Positions 22,848 through 35,282 of a DNA stretch of 64,000 bases are shown in pieces. Each line of letters opens with the position of its first letter. Within the stretch, counting starts at the first letter, position 1. The notes under the pieces were generated by a model. That model was given only the letters and a program-made list of their open reading frames with translations, was not told the DNA's origin and made no database searches. This DNA is from Chiloscyllium plagiosum (lineage: Eukaryota). The stretch covers positions 9,428,064 through 9,492,063 of the forward strand of contig NC_057753.1 of NCBI RefSeq assembly GCF_004010195.1, written 5' to 3'. Made by a program: the position numbers and the translations under genes.

Positions 22848-25800
22848 CTATATAAAAGCCCTTTTAAGTGTGGCAGATAAATCTGTGTCCAGGTATTTCA
22901 AAAAGGGTGCCATGTCTTGTAAAAATTCTCAGTTTTGTGGTGTACCATATTTGTGAGAAAATCCAGGGGAATATGCTCCATAACAATCTTCCGCCAACCC
23001 GACAGGCCTGGGGGGTTTTCGGATGTCCAACCTAGCAATATATTCTTCCTTGCACAGAATGTAAGAATATTGAAAAGATTTTTCTTATGCGAGTCTGCAG
23101 GAAATACAATGGGTAGGCCCAAAAGGAGTGAAAGAGGGTCCTTCTCCACCCCTACACCTAAAATCCTCTCCATTGCACCCACCACAGCGCTCCAATATGT
23201 TTGAAGTCTGTCACAAGACCAAAGACAATGCTGAAGATACCCTTGGTTTAAATTTTGACAAATGGTCTGGGGCTAAGTGGACCCTGTGGAGAATCTTCAA
23301 CTGTAAAGCATGGGTCCTATTGCAAATTGATATCTTCCTGTGGTGAAAGTATTTTAATACTCTTTTGAGCAGGAAGTGTCAGAATTTGGGATGGTGTATA
23401 TAGAGTACTGACAGAGAGTGTACTCTTAGCCCTTAGTACCCCACTTTCTATGTCAGATTTGAAGGGATCAGTCAAAAGTGTGGTCTTTTTTTGAATAAAA
23501 TCCCTAACTTGAAAAAAAAACGAAAGAGGCCTCTATTAGGTAACTCGTACTTCCGTACTAACTGATCGAAGGACATCATTATATCTCCTTCAAATAAATC
23601 ACCCATGTAAGATATACTCCTAGCTGCCCAACATTTAAATCTATCATACCTGGTTGAAAACTTGGCATACCACTAAAGGTGTAAACAAAGATGTTTTGCC
23701 AATATTGCCTTCCCTCTGCCGAATTGCCCTCCATGCTTTAACAGTATTGATGACTATTAGGTTATGGCAATATTCCCTAACTGTCCTCACCTTGTCCAAA
23801 AACAGCAAACTGGTAAGGGGGCACCTTGCCTGGGAGACTTCAATATCTAGCCATATTGAAAGAGGGTCCCCACAAACCCAATCACTCACGTAGGTCAAAA
23901 GCGAGCTTAATTGGTAATTTTTAATGTCCGGAAGGTCTACTTCCCCCAATCTGTGAGGCAACAGCAGTTTGGCTAATTTAATGAGGGGCCATTTACAGTG
24001 CCAGATAAAGGAGCTGAACCAACTGTTCAGTCTCCTGAGTGTTTGTTTATTGAAAATCAGGGGGAGCATCCGTATAGGGTATAGCAAACGAGGGAGAATA
24101 TTCATCTTAATAAGCGCTATCCGACCCAACCTTGAGATGGAAGTGCCTCCCATCTTTGGAGATCTTGTTTAACTTTTTTCAAATAATTGAGTAAAATTGG
24201 CTTTGAACAGCCAATCCAGAACTGGAGTAATGAATATGCCCAAATACACAAAATCCCCCTTTGACCACCTAAATGGGAATCTATAGTCACTCTCAAGAGC
24301 CAACTCTTTCGTAAGAACACCCATCGGCATAGCCTCTGATTTAGCAAAATTAATCTTATACCCTGAAAAAGCGCCAAACGCGTGAATGCATTGTATCAGT
24401 CAAGGCACTGAGACTGCTGGATTTGTCAAGAAAATAAGAACATCATCTGTATACAGCGAGATCTTATGTAATTTTGACCCCACTTCTGGAGTTGATATAT
24501 TGAGATCCCCACGAATGGCCTCTGCCAACGGTTCAATCACCAACGTAAAAAGTAATGGTGAAAGGGGACAGTCCTGCCTGCTGCCCCTAGAAATATTAAA
24601 ATTGCTTGATCATACCCTGTTGGTAATGACCGCAGCGAGAGGTACACTGTAGAGAACCTTTACCCATCTTATGAAAACTTCGCTCAGACCAAACCGGTCT
24701 AGAGTATAGAAAAGGTACGGCCACTCAACTCGGTCAAATGCCTTCTCTGCATCTAAAGCAATCACCAATCCCTGTATTGACTGCTGTTGGCATGCTTGAA
24801 TTACGTTAAGCAGCCTCCTAACGTTATTGGAGGATCTGCAACCCTTTATGAAGCCCGTCTGATCCTCTTTAATAATAGAAGGTAACGCAGTCTCCAGCCT
24901 TAACACAAGGGCCTTAGAAAGGATCTTAAAGTCCACATTTAAGAGCGAGATGGGCCTGTATGAAGCACAGTCTTCCGGATCCTTCCCTTTTTTAAAGGAT
25001 AAGTGAAATATTGGCCTCTCTCAGAGATGGTGGGAGACAACCATGACTGTATGAATCATTAAAAATATTCAGCATCGGGCCTGATAGATACTTATAAATT
25101 CCTTATAGAATTCACTGGGACGTTCATCAGGACCGGGCACCTTGCCACTCTGAAGCTGCCTCACAGCTTCCTGCATTTCTTGCTCTGATAATGGGGCATT
25201 GGGAAAGGACTGTTGTTCGGGAGTCACACCTGGGAGCTTCAGATCTCGAAAAAAGGATTCCATTTTGGCCTGCCCCTCCTTACAATTCTCAGACTGAAAT
25301 AATTTAGAGTACACATTAATCTTTTTAGAATCACATGTTAGGTTCCCAGACCCTTCCCTAATCACTGTAATGGTTTGTGGGGCACTTCTCTTTCTGGCAA
25401 GACATGCTAAGTATTTGCCTGGCTTGTCACCATGCTCGTATAACCTTTGCTTTGCAAAAGCCAGCTCCTTCTTTGCCGTCTGCGTGAGCATGGAATTTAG
25501 TGCAGACCGCAGTGCTATAATCCTCGTAGTTTGACCAACGAGGGTCTGTCAAAATTGGCCTTCTCGGCTGCCTTCAACCGTGCTTCAAGGAGACGTTGCT
25601 GCTCACCTTTCTGCCGCTTCCCACTGGTGGAATATGAAATAACTAACCCTCTGGCATAAGCTTTGGCAGTTTCCCAGAGAACAGATGAGCTATCAACCGA
25701 GCCTATGTTGATGTCTAGGAATGCCCGAAGTTCCCTAGAGAAATACTCCACAAACCTGCTGAGCATGAGAATAAAGGGGTCCATTCGCCAGTACCTTGAA

Positions 25801-26538
25801 TCCACTGCAACATCCTTAATTTTAACCATGAGGTACACTGGAGCATGATCAGAGATGGCAATATTACCAATCGTACAGGATGCCACCAGATCCAGGGTTA
25901 CCGCAGGGGTCAGAAAAAATATCAATCCTCATGTGACATCTATTCGGATTGGAGAAAAATGTGAAATCCCTACCTGTAGGGTGGAGACACCTCCAGACGT
26001 CCACCAATCCTAATACCCCACACAAACCCAATAACTGTTTAGTTTGTGCAGAGGGTGTTGAGGGACCTTTAGGCGACCTGTCTACTGTGGGGTCCATGAG
26101 GCAGTTAAAATCTCCCCCAATAATGATGTGCCGAGACTTGAGACTTATCATTTTAGAAAAAGCATCTACCAAGAATTTAAGAGGATGAGCTGGGGGACAA
26201 TAAACATTTAAAATGCCATATTCTTCCCCATTTATCAAGGCTTTAAGAATTACAAACCTCCCGTATGTGTCTTTAACACATTCCAATAATTTAAATGAGA
26301 GATTTTTCCTAACCAATATAGCCACTCCCCTACTTCTGGTATTAAATGGTGAAAAATAAACTCGGTCAAAGCCATTCTGCTGTAATTTCAGATGCTCCTA
26401 GTCATCCAAATGTGTCTCTTGTAATAAAGCAATATTCACCTTCTCCTTTCTAAGACTCAAAAGTACCTTCTTCCTCTTAATTGGTGAGTGACTTCCCTTG
26501 ATATTCCAGGTACACCATTTAATCAAATCATTAGCCAT
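22848..26538 (-). pseudogene. L1 ORF2 (APE endonuclease + reverse transcriptase), disrupted
   Basis: MANDLIKWCTWNIKG..LLQETHL, NVYCP, IIGGDFN, SDHAPV, DQTGFIKG, LDAEKAFDRVEW, LYTDDV; multiple stops and frameshifts. Confidence 0.93.
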
Positions 26539-27154
26539 AATCTTCTGCAATTACATTTAAATTCCAGAGAGGAGGAACCCAAACCACAAGTTGCTGAGCC
26601 TTAGTGTTGCATGATCCACCAAATATAAAAACCACATAAACTAAAACCACTACATTTAACAAACATACAAAATTATTAAAAATAAAAAACAATAAAAAAC
26701 AACAAAAACCAGAAAACAAACCAACAAATAAATTGCCAATAGCGCTGAGTAGGGGAACTCACCCCCAGCCTGGAGGGGGCAACTACTCTTCCCGAACTGT
26801 CCATAAATAGGCATCTCACCATCTCAACCACCTTCACTTCTCCCAGCTAGAGCCACATCGCAAGCACAAGCTAAAAAGAATAAACACTCCATAGAATATC
26901 AATATGAATAAAAAAACATTCTTTTATAAAAAAGGGGGAATAAATACCCCACCCATCCTTTGGTATGTCCTAACTTAGAAATTTAAAATGTACATCTTAA
27001 CCACTGCCAGACATAGTTTGAACCAAATTATCACCAATAGAGGTTAAAAAAAGGGGGAAAAACAAAGCTCCAACTGGATTTCCTCCATTTCTTTTACAGA
27101 ATGGTAAATGCATACCCAAGCAATACTATTTTTTTCATACTACAATTGTTTAAA

Positions 27155-27974
27155 TTAGGTGAGTTTGTCCACAAAGTCTCTTGCCTTCTCTGATGTGTCA
27201 AAGAGATTAATGGATCCATCTAAGGTGATCCGAAGCACTGCCGGATATCTCAGGGAGTACTGAATCCCAAGCTAAGCTCCTTCAATCTTCTCTTGACACC
27301 ATCATACGATTTTTGTTTCTGGATCACCGCCACTGAAAGGTCCTGAAAAAAACATGATCTTAGACCCCTCGTAAATTAGGGCCTTTGGATCCTTCCCCTG
27401 GAGTCTGGAAGCCTCCATGACTCTCTTCTTAGCCCGGTAATGATGGAACCGCACCAGGAAAGGACAAGGGTGTTGACCCAGACCCGACCTCCATGCTGCG
27501 ACCCAATGAGCCCTCTCTATCTTCAATCCTCTCATGCCAGTCTCCAAGTCAAGGAATTTCGGAAGGTAATCTTCAACAATTCCGCAGACCGCTCACCTTC
27601 CTTACCCTCGGGCAGACCGATGACATGAATGTTTTTTCTCCTGCCCCTGTTTTCAAGATCATCCACTTGGTCACACAAATTATGAACCTGCGTCTTCAGG
27701 GCTTGGATCTCTTCCTTGAATGAACTGGCATCAGCTTCCACCACTATGACCCTGTGCTCCACCTCATCCGTCCTCTTCTCCAGGTCTCCCAGCTGCTGCT
27801 CATGCTTCTGCAGCATGAGAGAGACTGGAGTCAGCTTCTCTTCAATTTGTTTCCCCAACATCTCGTGAGATTTCAGGAGCTATTCACCAGGTCCTGGAGA
27901 GTAATCTGCTCTGAGGCTGCTGCAGGCTGAGCTGCAGGTCCGGCCTCAGATGCTCCTCCTCCCTTTTTAGGCAT
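27155..27974 (-). pseudogene. L1 ORF1 (Transposase_22 / L1TD1-like RNA-binding protein), frameshifted
   Basis: Coiled coil, then DDLENRGRRKNIHVIGLPEGKEG, IERAHW, FLVRFHHY. Confidence 0.9.
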
Positions 27975-28959
27975 TTCTGGACAGCTGAAAATACAGGTAA
28001 GTCAATTTTTAAATGTGTCTTGGGGCTCCACAATCTTTCCAACACCCCAAGAAATCCTGATGACTTGGGTTGGTTGGTTGGTTGGTTGGGTGGGTTAAAG
28101 GACCGTCCTGCTCCTGCTGCGATGCGAAGCTCTGCAGTGTGACCTTCTCAGATCGCCGCCATCTTAGATCCCCCCACAGTGCATTGTTGAGTAAGGTTAA
28201 ATCTCACTGGGTCTGGGGAGAGCTAGCCAACCGAGTACAAAATTTCATATTGCTGGAATCCATCCTGAAAACAACAAATGCTGGAGATCACAGCAGGTCA
28301 GGCAGCATCCACGCAGAGAAAGCAAGCTAACGTTTCTAATCCAGATGACTTTTCCTCAGAGATTTATAAAGTCACGGGGGTGTATTGATAAGATGAATGG
28401 CAGGGTTTTTTTCACTGGGCTGAGGGATTTCAAGACAAGGAACATATTTTTAAGGAGAGAGCAGAAAGATTTAAAAAACAAAGCTCTCGTGCAGCCAGAT
28501 AGCCTTAAGTGTCTATGGCTATTTTGATGACAATGGCCTGGAACAAGCTGCCTACAAAAGGTGCTGGAAATGGAGCTGAATCAAGGACATCAAAATGAAA
28601 CATCAAGGCTGCTTGAGAAAAAGAAAGTCAATAAAGTTGCTGAATGAGTTCCTGCTGTTCTATTAAATAAAAAAAAGACGACAAGAAATACAAGTTGTAA
28701 CTCCATTACTACATTAGAAGGTGAATAATAATTGCAAAGAAGCCTTTACAACAGTTTATAATATCAGATACACACCATATGAAATGGCATACATCTACAT
28801 TTTATATCAATGTGTCAATCCCTTAACTCCTGCTCAGTTCCATGAGAAACAACCCTTTTAGTTGTGAACATGAGGAAAGAAACAATCCTTTTCTAAGGTG
28901 CAAACTGTATATGTACCAAACTGAGGGAATACACAATGAAAATACCTTTAAGAGGGACA

Positions 28960-29440
28960 GAGAGCATCTGAGCACCTTTGTAGTGCTTGCTCCCTCCCTG
29001 GATTTACTCCAGTTGCTACAAGTGAACAGTGTTTCCCAGCGTCTCTCCCTCTCCCTCCCAGGATGAGGAATGGAAAGGGGTGACATTGCTTTGCTCCCAG
29101 ATGTTGCCCAGAGGGAGGGAGTTTCATTCAAACTGACAGGGCTACTTCCGTGTTGAGACGTTCACAATGGGGGCAGGGCGGACAGTGGACTCGCACTGCG
29201 CCTGCGTTACCCTGCAGCTGAGGCACATGGGGAGGGGAGGACACTTGGCAAACCCACTTCACTCTCCTCCAAGTCAATGCGTTTGAGTTCAAGCAAAGCA
29301 CGGGTTTTAAGTTTAGCTTCACACTCACAGAAAACCTCCTCCTCTGAGTGCTACACTTTACTTCTCCCTCCACTCCATGGAAATAGCCATTTGAGAGACT
29401 CCAGAGTTGGAGTTGCTACTATACCTGCTGTAGGGGGTTT
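28960..29440 (-). promoter_or_regulatory. Type-B promoter / exon-1 module
   Basis: rc aacgtctcaacacggaagtagccctgtcagttt; direct paralog of 45030-45490. Confidence 0.5.
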
Positions 29441-30019
29441 GGTAGCAACTGTTTATTTTATGAACAATTGGGCCACTTTTGGAATATTGCATTCGATTCT
29501 GGTTTCCCTACTGTCAGATAGGATATGTCTATACATGACATATGTTTCCTTCTTTTTTTTAACCAATTTCTATGTTTATTTGATAACAGATGCTTTATTT
29601 CTGTTGATGGAAATATTCTTATAAATCATAGCCGGGTACTAATAGTTAGATGTAAGGGAGAGAGAATTTCTCAAGTAGGGCACGAGAAGAATCCTGGGAG
29701 AGCCCTATTTCTGGTTTGCTTCCTTATGAACAAACATGAAGCATGAGCACCTATTGTACCTTTGTTTCTAATGTTGTTTCATTGTTCTTGTTTGATTCCC
29801 TGCTACGATGACACTCTGTCTGGGTCGGTTGACAGGCTGGGAGATTGTCGGACCTTGATTGACTGAATGTTTCATTGTTCCGGAAGGTGTAAAAGGTGGG
29901 GGTCAAAGCTTCAGCAGAAATCCTGCAGAGCTGAGAACAGATGACAGTTGTGTGGGAATAGGGAGATCAGAGGACAGAGAAATCAGGACCTGAAATCCGG
30001 GCTGACTACCCTGTGATCA

Positions 30020-30260
30020 GTGCTCTGGTTAGCAGTGCCAACCCTCTACCTTTACCTAGCTTCCCATTCAACTAGAATGCCACATTCCCCCTTTGATATT
30101 CAGGATCCAATCCGGGTCATCCCGAAGCTGTGTCTCAGATCATAATTATTCTCTTCACTGTGGGCAGTCAATTCATTCACTTTTGTTACAATGCAGCACT
30201 CATTCAGACTCTCAGATTTTAGTTTCAATTATTGTGATCTTTTGAATCCAGTTTTGATTG
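30020..30260 (-). mobile_element. Old CR1 endonuclease N-terminal fragment
   Basis: rc resembles N..IVTKVNELTA..YDL..DWILNIKG..KLGKGRGLALL; duplicated at 46855-47090. Confidence 0.55.
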
Positions 30261-30829
30261 CTGGAATATTTACTGTGTCTCTTTCTATCATTCTTTGATG
30301 GTCATTTTCCACATCATGACATTGCTCACCTGCCTTGGCCATGCTAAAATGCCCATAGTGGCCAGGGATGTGCAGGTTAGGTGGGTTAGCCATGGGAAAT
30401 GCAGGGTTATAGTTTCATAGTAATAGAAGCAGGAGTCGGCCATTTGGCAATTCATTACGGTCATGGCTGATCGATCTATCATCTGTGCTCCTCCCACCTG
30501 CATTATCCCAACTACCCTTAATTCCCCTACCCTGTCAAAACCCATCCAACGTGTCTTGAGTATACTTAATGAAGATGCCTCTGCTGCTTCCTTGGGCAGA
30601 GGATTCCATAGATTCACCGCTCTCCAAGAGAATAAATTCTTCCTCATCTCTGTCCGAAATCTACTCCCACTAATCGTGAGAACTAGTCTCACCCACGAAC
30701 GGAAATGACCTGATAGGGTGGGGGTGTCATCTGGGTGGTATGCTCATCGCAGGGGTCAGTGTAGACGTGATGGGCTGAATGGCCTGCTTCCACACTGCAG
30801 GGCTTCTATGATTTACTGCAGTTGTGTTT

Positions 30830-30923
30830 CATTCCTGAAGAAGGGCATGTGCCCGAAACGTCGAATCTTCTGTTCCCTAGATGCTGCCTGACCTGCTGTG
30901 CTGTTCCAGCAATAAAGTTTCAG
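30830..30923 (+). mobile_element. 94-bp PLE terminal-repeat insertion
   Basis: Perfect 14-bp direct repeat ctgcagttgtgttt at 30816-30829 and 30924-30937; empty site at about 47703-47716. Confidence 0.9.
30831..30866 (+). ncRNA. Minimal type-I hammerhead ribozyme motif with stem I
   Basis: attc-CTGAAGA-A-GGGC-ATGT-GCCC-GAAA-CGTC-gaat; attc and gaat pair to close stem I. Confidence 0.8.
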
Positions 30924-31469
30924 CTGCAGTTGTGTTTGACCCGGATCACAGCATCTAGAACCTCACACCTTCTGCCAATCCAAAGACGAGTCCAATCCTG
31001 CTCTCTCGTATGTGTTATCTAACTGCTTAATTGTTTCTAGTGAATACAGTCCACACCTCCCACTGCTGCCAGTAACCTTTACAATGCTGATGAAACAATA
31101 CCTGCAGTACTGAAAACCATAAGGTTTCTAACTGATTCACTGCTCCTTCTGATGAACAGCGTTGGAAATACAAGATTGGAGGCTGACAGAAGTGAGCAGT
31201 TTAAAACAAAAACCCACCTATCCCTTCACTGGGCTCCCCGCTCAGCACACTTTACTTACTGCTGGTAAACCTTAAATTACTTCATCCCCACAGTGCAATG
31301 AATTTCCACTTTCCACCAAAATCCTGGAATGCGCTCACTCACTCAGTTGCTGTCTCACAAATGAAACATTTCCCTGTAACTTCCTCTGCTCCCAGTAAGG
31401 ACAAAACATCTTTGAAAGCTGCTCTGAAAGCCCCGTCTTCACAACACCTCTGCTTCTACCGATGACGAT

Positions 31470-32290
31470 TAGAGGCATATAGCATGGAAACAATCCCTTC
31501 TGTCCAACTCGTTTGTGCTGACCAGATATCCTAAATTAAACTAGTCCCACTTGCCAGCATTTGGCCTGTAGCCCTCTAAACTCTTCCTATTCACACACCC
31601 ATCCAGATGCCTTTTAAATGTTGTAATTGTACCAGCCTCCACCACTTCCTCTGACAGCTCGTTCCATACACACACCATTGCCTGCTTGATAAAATTGCCC
31701 CTCGGGTCCCTTTTAAATCGTCCCCCTCTCACCTCAAACTTCTGCCCTCTACCTTTGGACTCCCATATCCTTAGGAAAAGATCTTGGAGATTCACCCTAT
31801 CCATACCCCTTATAAAATTCTATGAGGTCAACTCTCAGGCTCTGACACTCCACGTAAAAACAGTCCCAGCCTATTCAGCCTCTCTCTGTAGTTCAAACCC
31901 TCCAACTCTGGCAAGAACCTTGTAAATATTTTCCAAACCATTTCACAAATCTTTCCGACAGCAGGGAGATCAAAACTGAGCGCGGCATTCCAAAAGTAGC
32001 CTAACCAATGTCCTATATAGCCACAACATGACCTCCCAACTCCTGTACTCAACATTCTGATCAATAAAGAAAAACATACCAAACACCTTCTTCATGATCT
32101 GAATTACTTGCGACTCAGTTCAGGGAACTATGAACCTGCACTTCAAGGTCTCTGTTCAGCAACGCTCCCCAGGACCTTACCATTAAGTGTATAAATCCTG
32201 CCCTGATTTGCCTTACCAAAGTGCAACACCTCATATTTATCTAAATTCAACTCCATCTGCCACTCCTTGGCCCATCAGCCCATCTGATCA
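31470..32290 (-). mobile_element. CR1/HER1 3' fragment
   Basis: VWNELSEEVVEAGTITTFKRHLDG; paralog at 48235-49030. Confidence 0.85.
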
Positions 32291-33980
32291 ATTCTAATTT
32301 ACATTGAATCCTCTTTCCTCTCTCATTCATAAAAGCTGAAAATCTCCATCCTACACTATCTCCCTTCATTCTCACTTTGTTGAACTTAATCCCTGCTGTA
32401 CCTCATCTTGAATGGTCTAGTTTATGCTGATTAACAAGCCCACACTCAGGGGAGTCTAACTGAAACATACTTAGTACTCAATGGCCTGGACAGAGTGGAC
32501 ATTGGGAAGATGTTTCCATCGGTAGGAGAGACTATGACCCATGGGCACAGCATCAGGGTAAAAAGAAAGACCTTTTACAACAGAGATAAGGAGAAACTTC
32601 TTCAGCCAGAGAATGGTGAATCAATAAAATTCACTGTGACAAAAGGTTGTGGAGGCCAGGTCACTGAGGATATTTAAGATGGAGATAGATAGGTTTGAGT
32701 ATCAAGGGGATCAGTGGTTATGGGGCGAAAGCGGAAGAATGGGATTGAAAAAGTTAGTCATGATTGAATGGTGGAACAGACTTGATGGACTGAATGGCCT
32801 AATTTCTGCTCCTGATGGTCTCTTGCTGTCCTGGACACAGAGTGAGAGAACTGGGAGCAGGAGTCAGCCATTTGGTCTTTTGAGCCTGCATCAGGATTGA
32901 ACAGATCATAATTGGAAATGAATATACTTACATCTAGGTAGATAGGCTGGGACTTTTTTCACTGAAGCATAGGAGGTTGGGAGGTGACCTATAGAAGTTT
33001 AGAAAATCATGAGGGGGACAGATGAGGTGAACTGTGGGTGTGCTTTCCCGAGGGTGGGGGTTTCAAGATTAGGGAGCAAATTTTTTTTTAAGGTGAGTGG
33101 AGAAAGATTTTAAAAAAGCATGAGGAGCACCTTTTTTTTAAACAGAGTGGTTGTGTGTGGAATAACTGTCCAGAGGAAGCAATGGATGCAGGTAGAGTTA
33201 CAATATTTAAAAGACATTTTGATAAGTACATGAGTTGGAAAGGTTTGGAGGGATATCGGCCAAACACTGGCAGGTGGGATTAGTTTAGTTAGAGAACATA
33301 GTCAGCGTGGCCTAGTTGGACTGAAAGATCTGTTTCTGTACTGTAAGACTCTGTAACTGTTCTATATTGATCTTAAAACCATTTCCTTGCCTTCCCCCAT
33401 AACCATCCACTTCTTTGTTGTTCAAAAATCAGATGAACTCAGCCTTTGCATATATTCAATGACCCCCCAACTACAGGAAGACCCCTCCATTCTGAACTGA
33501 ATTCCTCTTGCTAAGGTACCATTTGCCTTTCTGATTGCTTGGTGCACCTGTCTGACATCTGGCAGTGACTGGTGTGGAAGGAAGCTGAGACCCCCTTGTA
33601 CATCCACACATCATTCCTGGTGAAGGACTCATGCCTGAAACGTTGACTTTCCTGCTCCTCGGATGCTGCCTTACCTGCAGTGCTTTACCAGTGCCACACT
33701 TTCCGATTCTGATCTCCAGTCCTCATTTTTTCCACATCCCATTTAAACAATGCACCTGCTTTCTGTTTTTCCCTCCCACGGCAAAGGCTATAAGTTCACA
33801 TTGTGGTACTACATTTGCCATGTGTTTACGAACTGAGACACAGACCGAGACCAATGTTTCCAGAATCTGTCCCCTGTTTGGATTCATTCCCTTCTCCTTC
33901 AGTCGCTACAAATCCACAATTGTACCCCAGAATGAAAAAAGAAATGGAAAAGAGGGTGAGAGAAGAGAGTGCCGTACTCA

Positions 33981-34290
33981 CAGATGTTGGATAGAGGAAG
34001 GCAGTTGCAGTCTGGGCTGAAGCTCAATCTTCATTCAGAGGGAGAGGAGCAGCAGCAGCCTCAGAAGTTCATGGTCCAACTTCTGTATTTAGACAATGGG
34101 GGGGGGGGTGTCACTGATTGGCAGGAGGACCAGTCTCCTTCCGGTCCTCCAGGGATCCCCATCAAGAGAAATTTGCGTGGCTTGTCTATGGACAGCAAGG
34201 AACGTACGCAGTGCTTTGCTGACACCAGCGCGCATGCACAATATGCTCTGTGGAGATACTTGATGTTATTGAAATGTCCAAATGCCAATA
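33981..34290 (-). promoter_or_regulatory. Type-A promoter / exon 1, pointing left
   Basis: gcgcatgc at about 34230, gattgg at about 34116, ttccgg, donor ct|gtgagt at 33981; rc of 1410-1745. Confidence 0.55.
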
Positions 34291-34409
34291 GGAGAAATAA
34301 AGGCTGGAGCCACAATTTTATTTTTAACCCTGAGGTTCAACATTTTATTCTTTTTGCATTTTGTCTTGCTGCTCAACGTTTGTACATCTTTTCCCCGGGG
34401 TAGGGGAGT

Positions 34410-35063
34410 TGTGGGAGAAGGGCAAACTGTTTTGCCTACAGAAACCATGTTTGTCCCTAGCTAAAAGAGGGCCTACCCACAATGCCATTCGTGCCTGAAT
34501 TTAGCTACACTCGAACTGACAGCAAATGAGCCATTACTTCATCGGAAGAACATGTTATCTAAATTACCCTCTAATGGGATTCCTGAACTCACAATGACAC
34601 TGCCCCTGCAGAAGCCCCAAAGGCTCTCGCTGCCTTCCCAGGAATCCAGCGATACAATAGTCCTGCAGACTAGATAATACCAAGATTTTCAGTGTGGGTG
34701 ACCACAGCCCGATAGGAGTATTGTGAACAGGATATTCCCAAATACTTTATTAATGCCTTTACATTAGCTAACCTCCTTTAGCTGATTATTTCACTGATTG
34801 ATACTGTTTAAGCATTGTTAGGCCTCTTTCAATATCATTAAACCATCAAGTGTAATTAAAACTGGATTGTCTTACAATCAATTGTCAATCTCTTGTAACC
34901 CTTTATAAACTGCATATGCCTGTACCTGAGTGGGGAGGTTATGCCACATCAGTGCAGAGCAGTCATTCTGTACTGTGTGGTCATTGACTGCTTCCCACTA
35001 TACAGTGAAATAACCAAACATCAATTTCATAAGCTTTATTTATAATTGGACAATTCTCCGAAA
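34410..35063 (+). mobile_element. Probable solo LTR
   Basis: 5-bp TSD ggagt (34405-34409 and 35064-35068). Termini tgtgggagaa / ttctccgaaa form an imperfect IR. tttataaa at about 34902. Interrupts a CR1 that is contiguous at about 51390. Confidence 0.7.
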
Positions 35064-35087
35064 GGAGTCCCAAACTAGAGGGGTATA

Positions 35088-35282
35088 AAAAAGCACAGTA
35101 GGTCAGGCAGTATCCGAGGAGCAGGAGAATTGAGGTTTCGGGCATAAGCGCTTCATCAGGAATGAAGTGCTTATGCCCGAAACATCAATTCTTATGCTCC
35201 TTAGATGCGGCCTGACCTGCTGTGCTTTTCCAGCACCACACTCTCGACTCTGATCTACAGCGTCTGCAGTCCTCACTTTCTG
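35088..35282. mobile_element. PLE tail-to-tail hairpin insertion
   Basis: Inverted arms centred at about 35160; 13-bp direct repeat ctagaggggtata at 35075-35087 and 35283-35295. Confidence 0.85.

Larger units (their letters stand above)
22448..28174 (-). mobile_element. Full-length, inactivated L1-clade LINE (about 5.7 kb)
   Basis: 5' end ggggggatctaagatggcggcg (YY1-like), ORF1, AT-rich spacer, ORF2, aataaa-free A-rich tail. TSD cacagtggattgtt (22434-22447) / cacagtgcattgtt (28175-28188). Confidence 0.95.
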
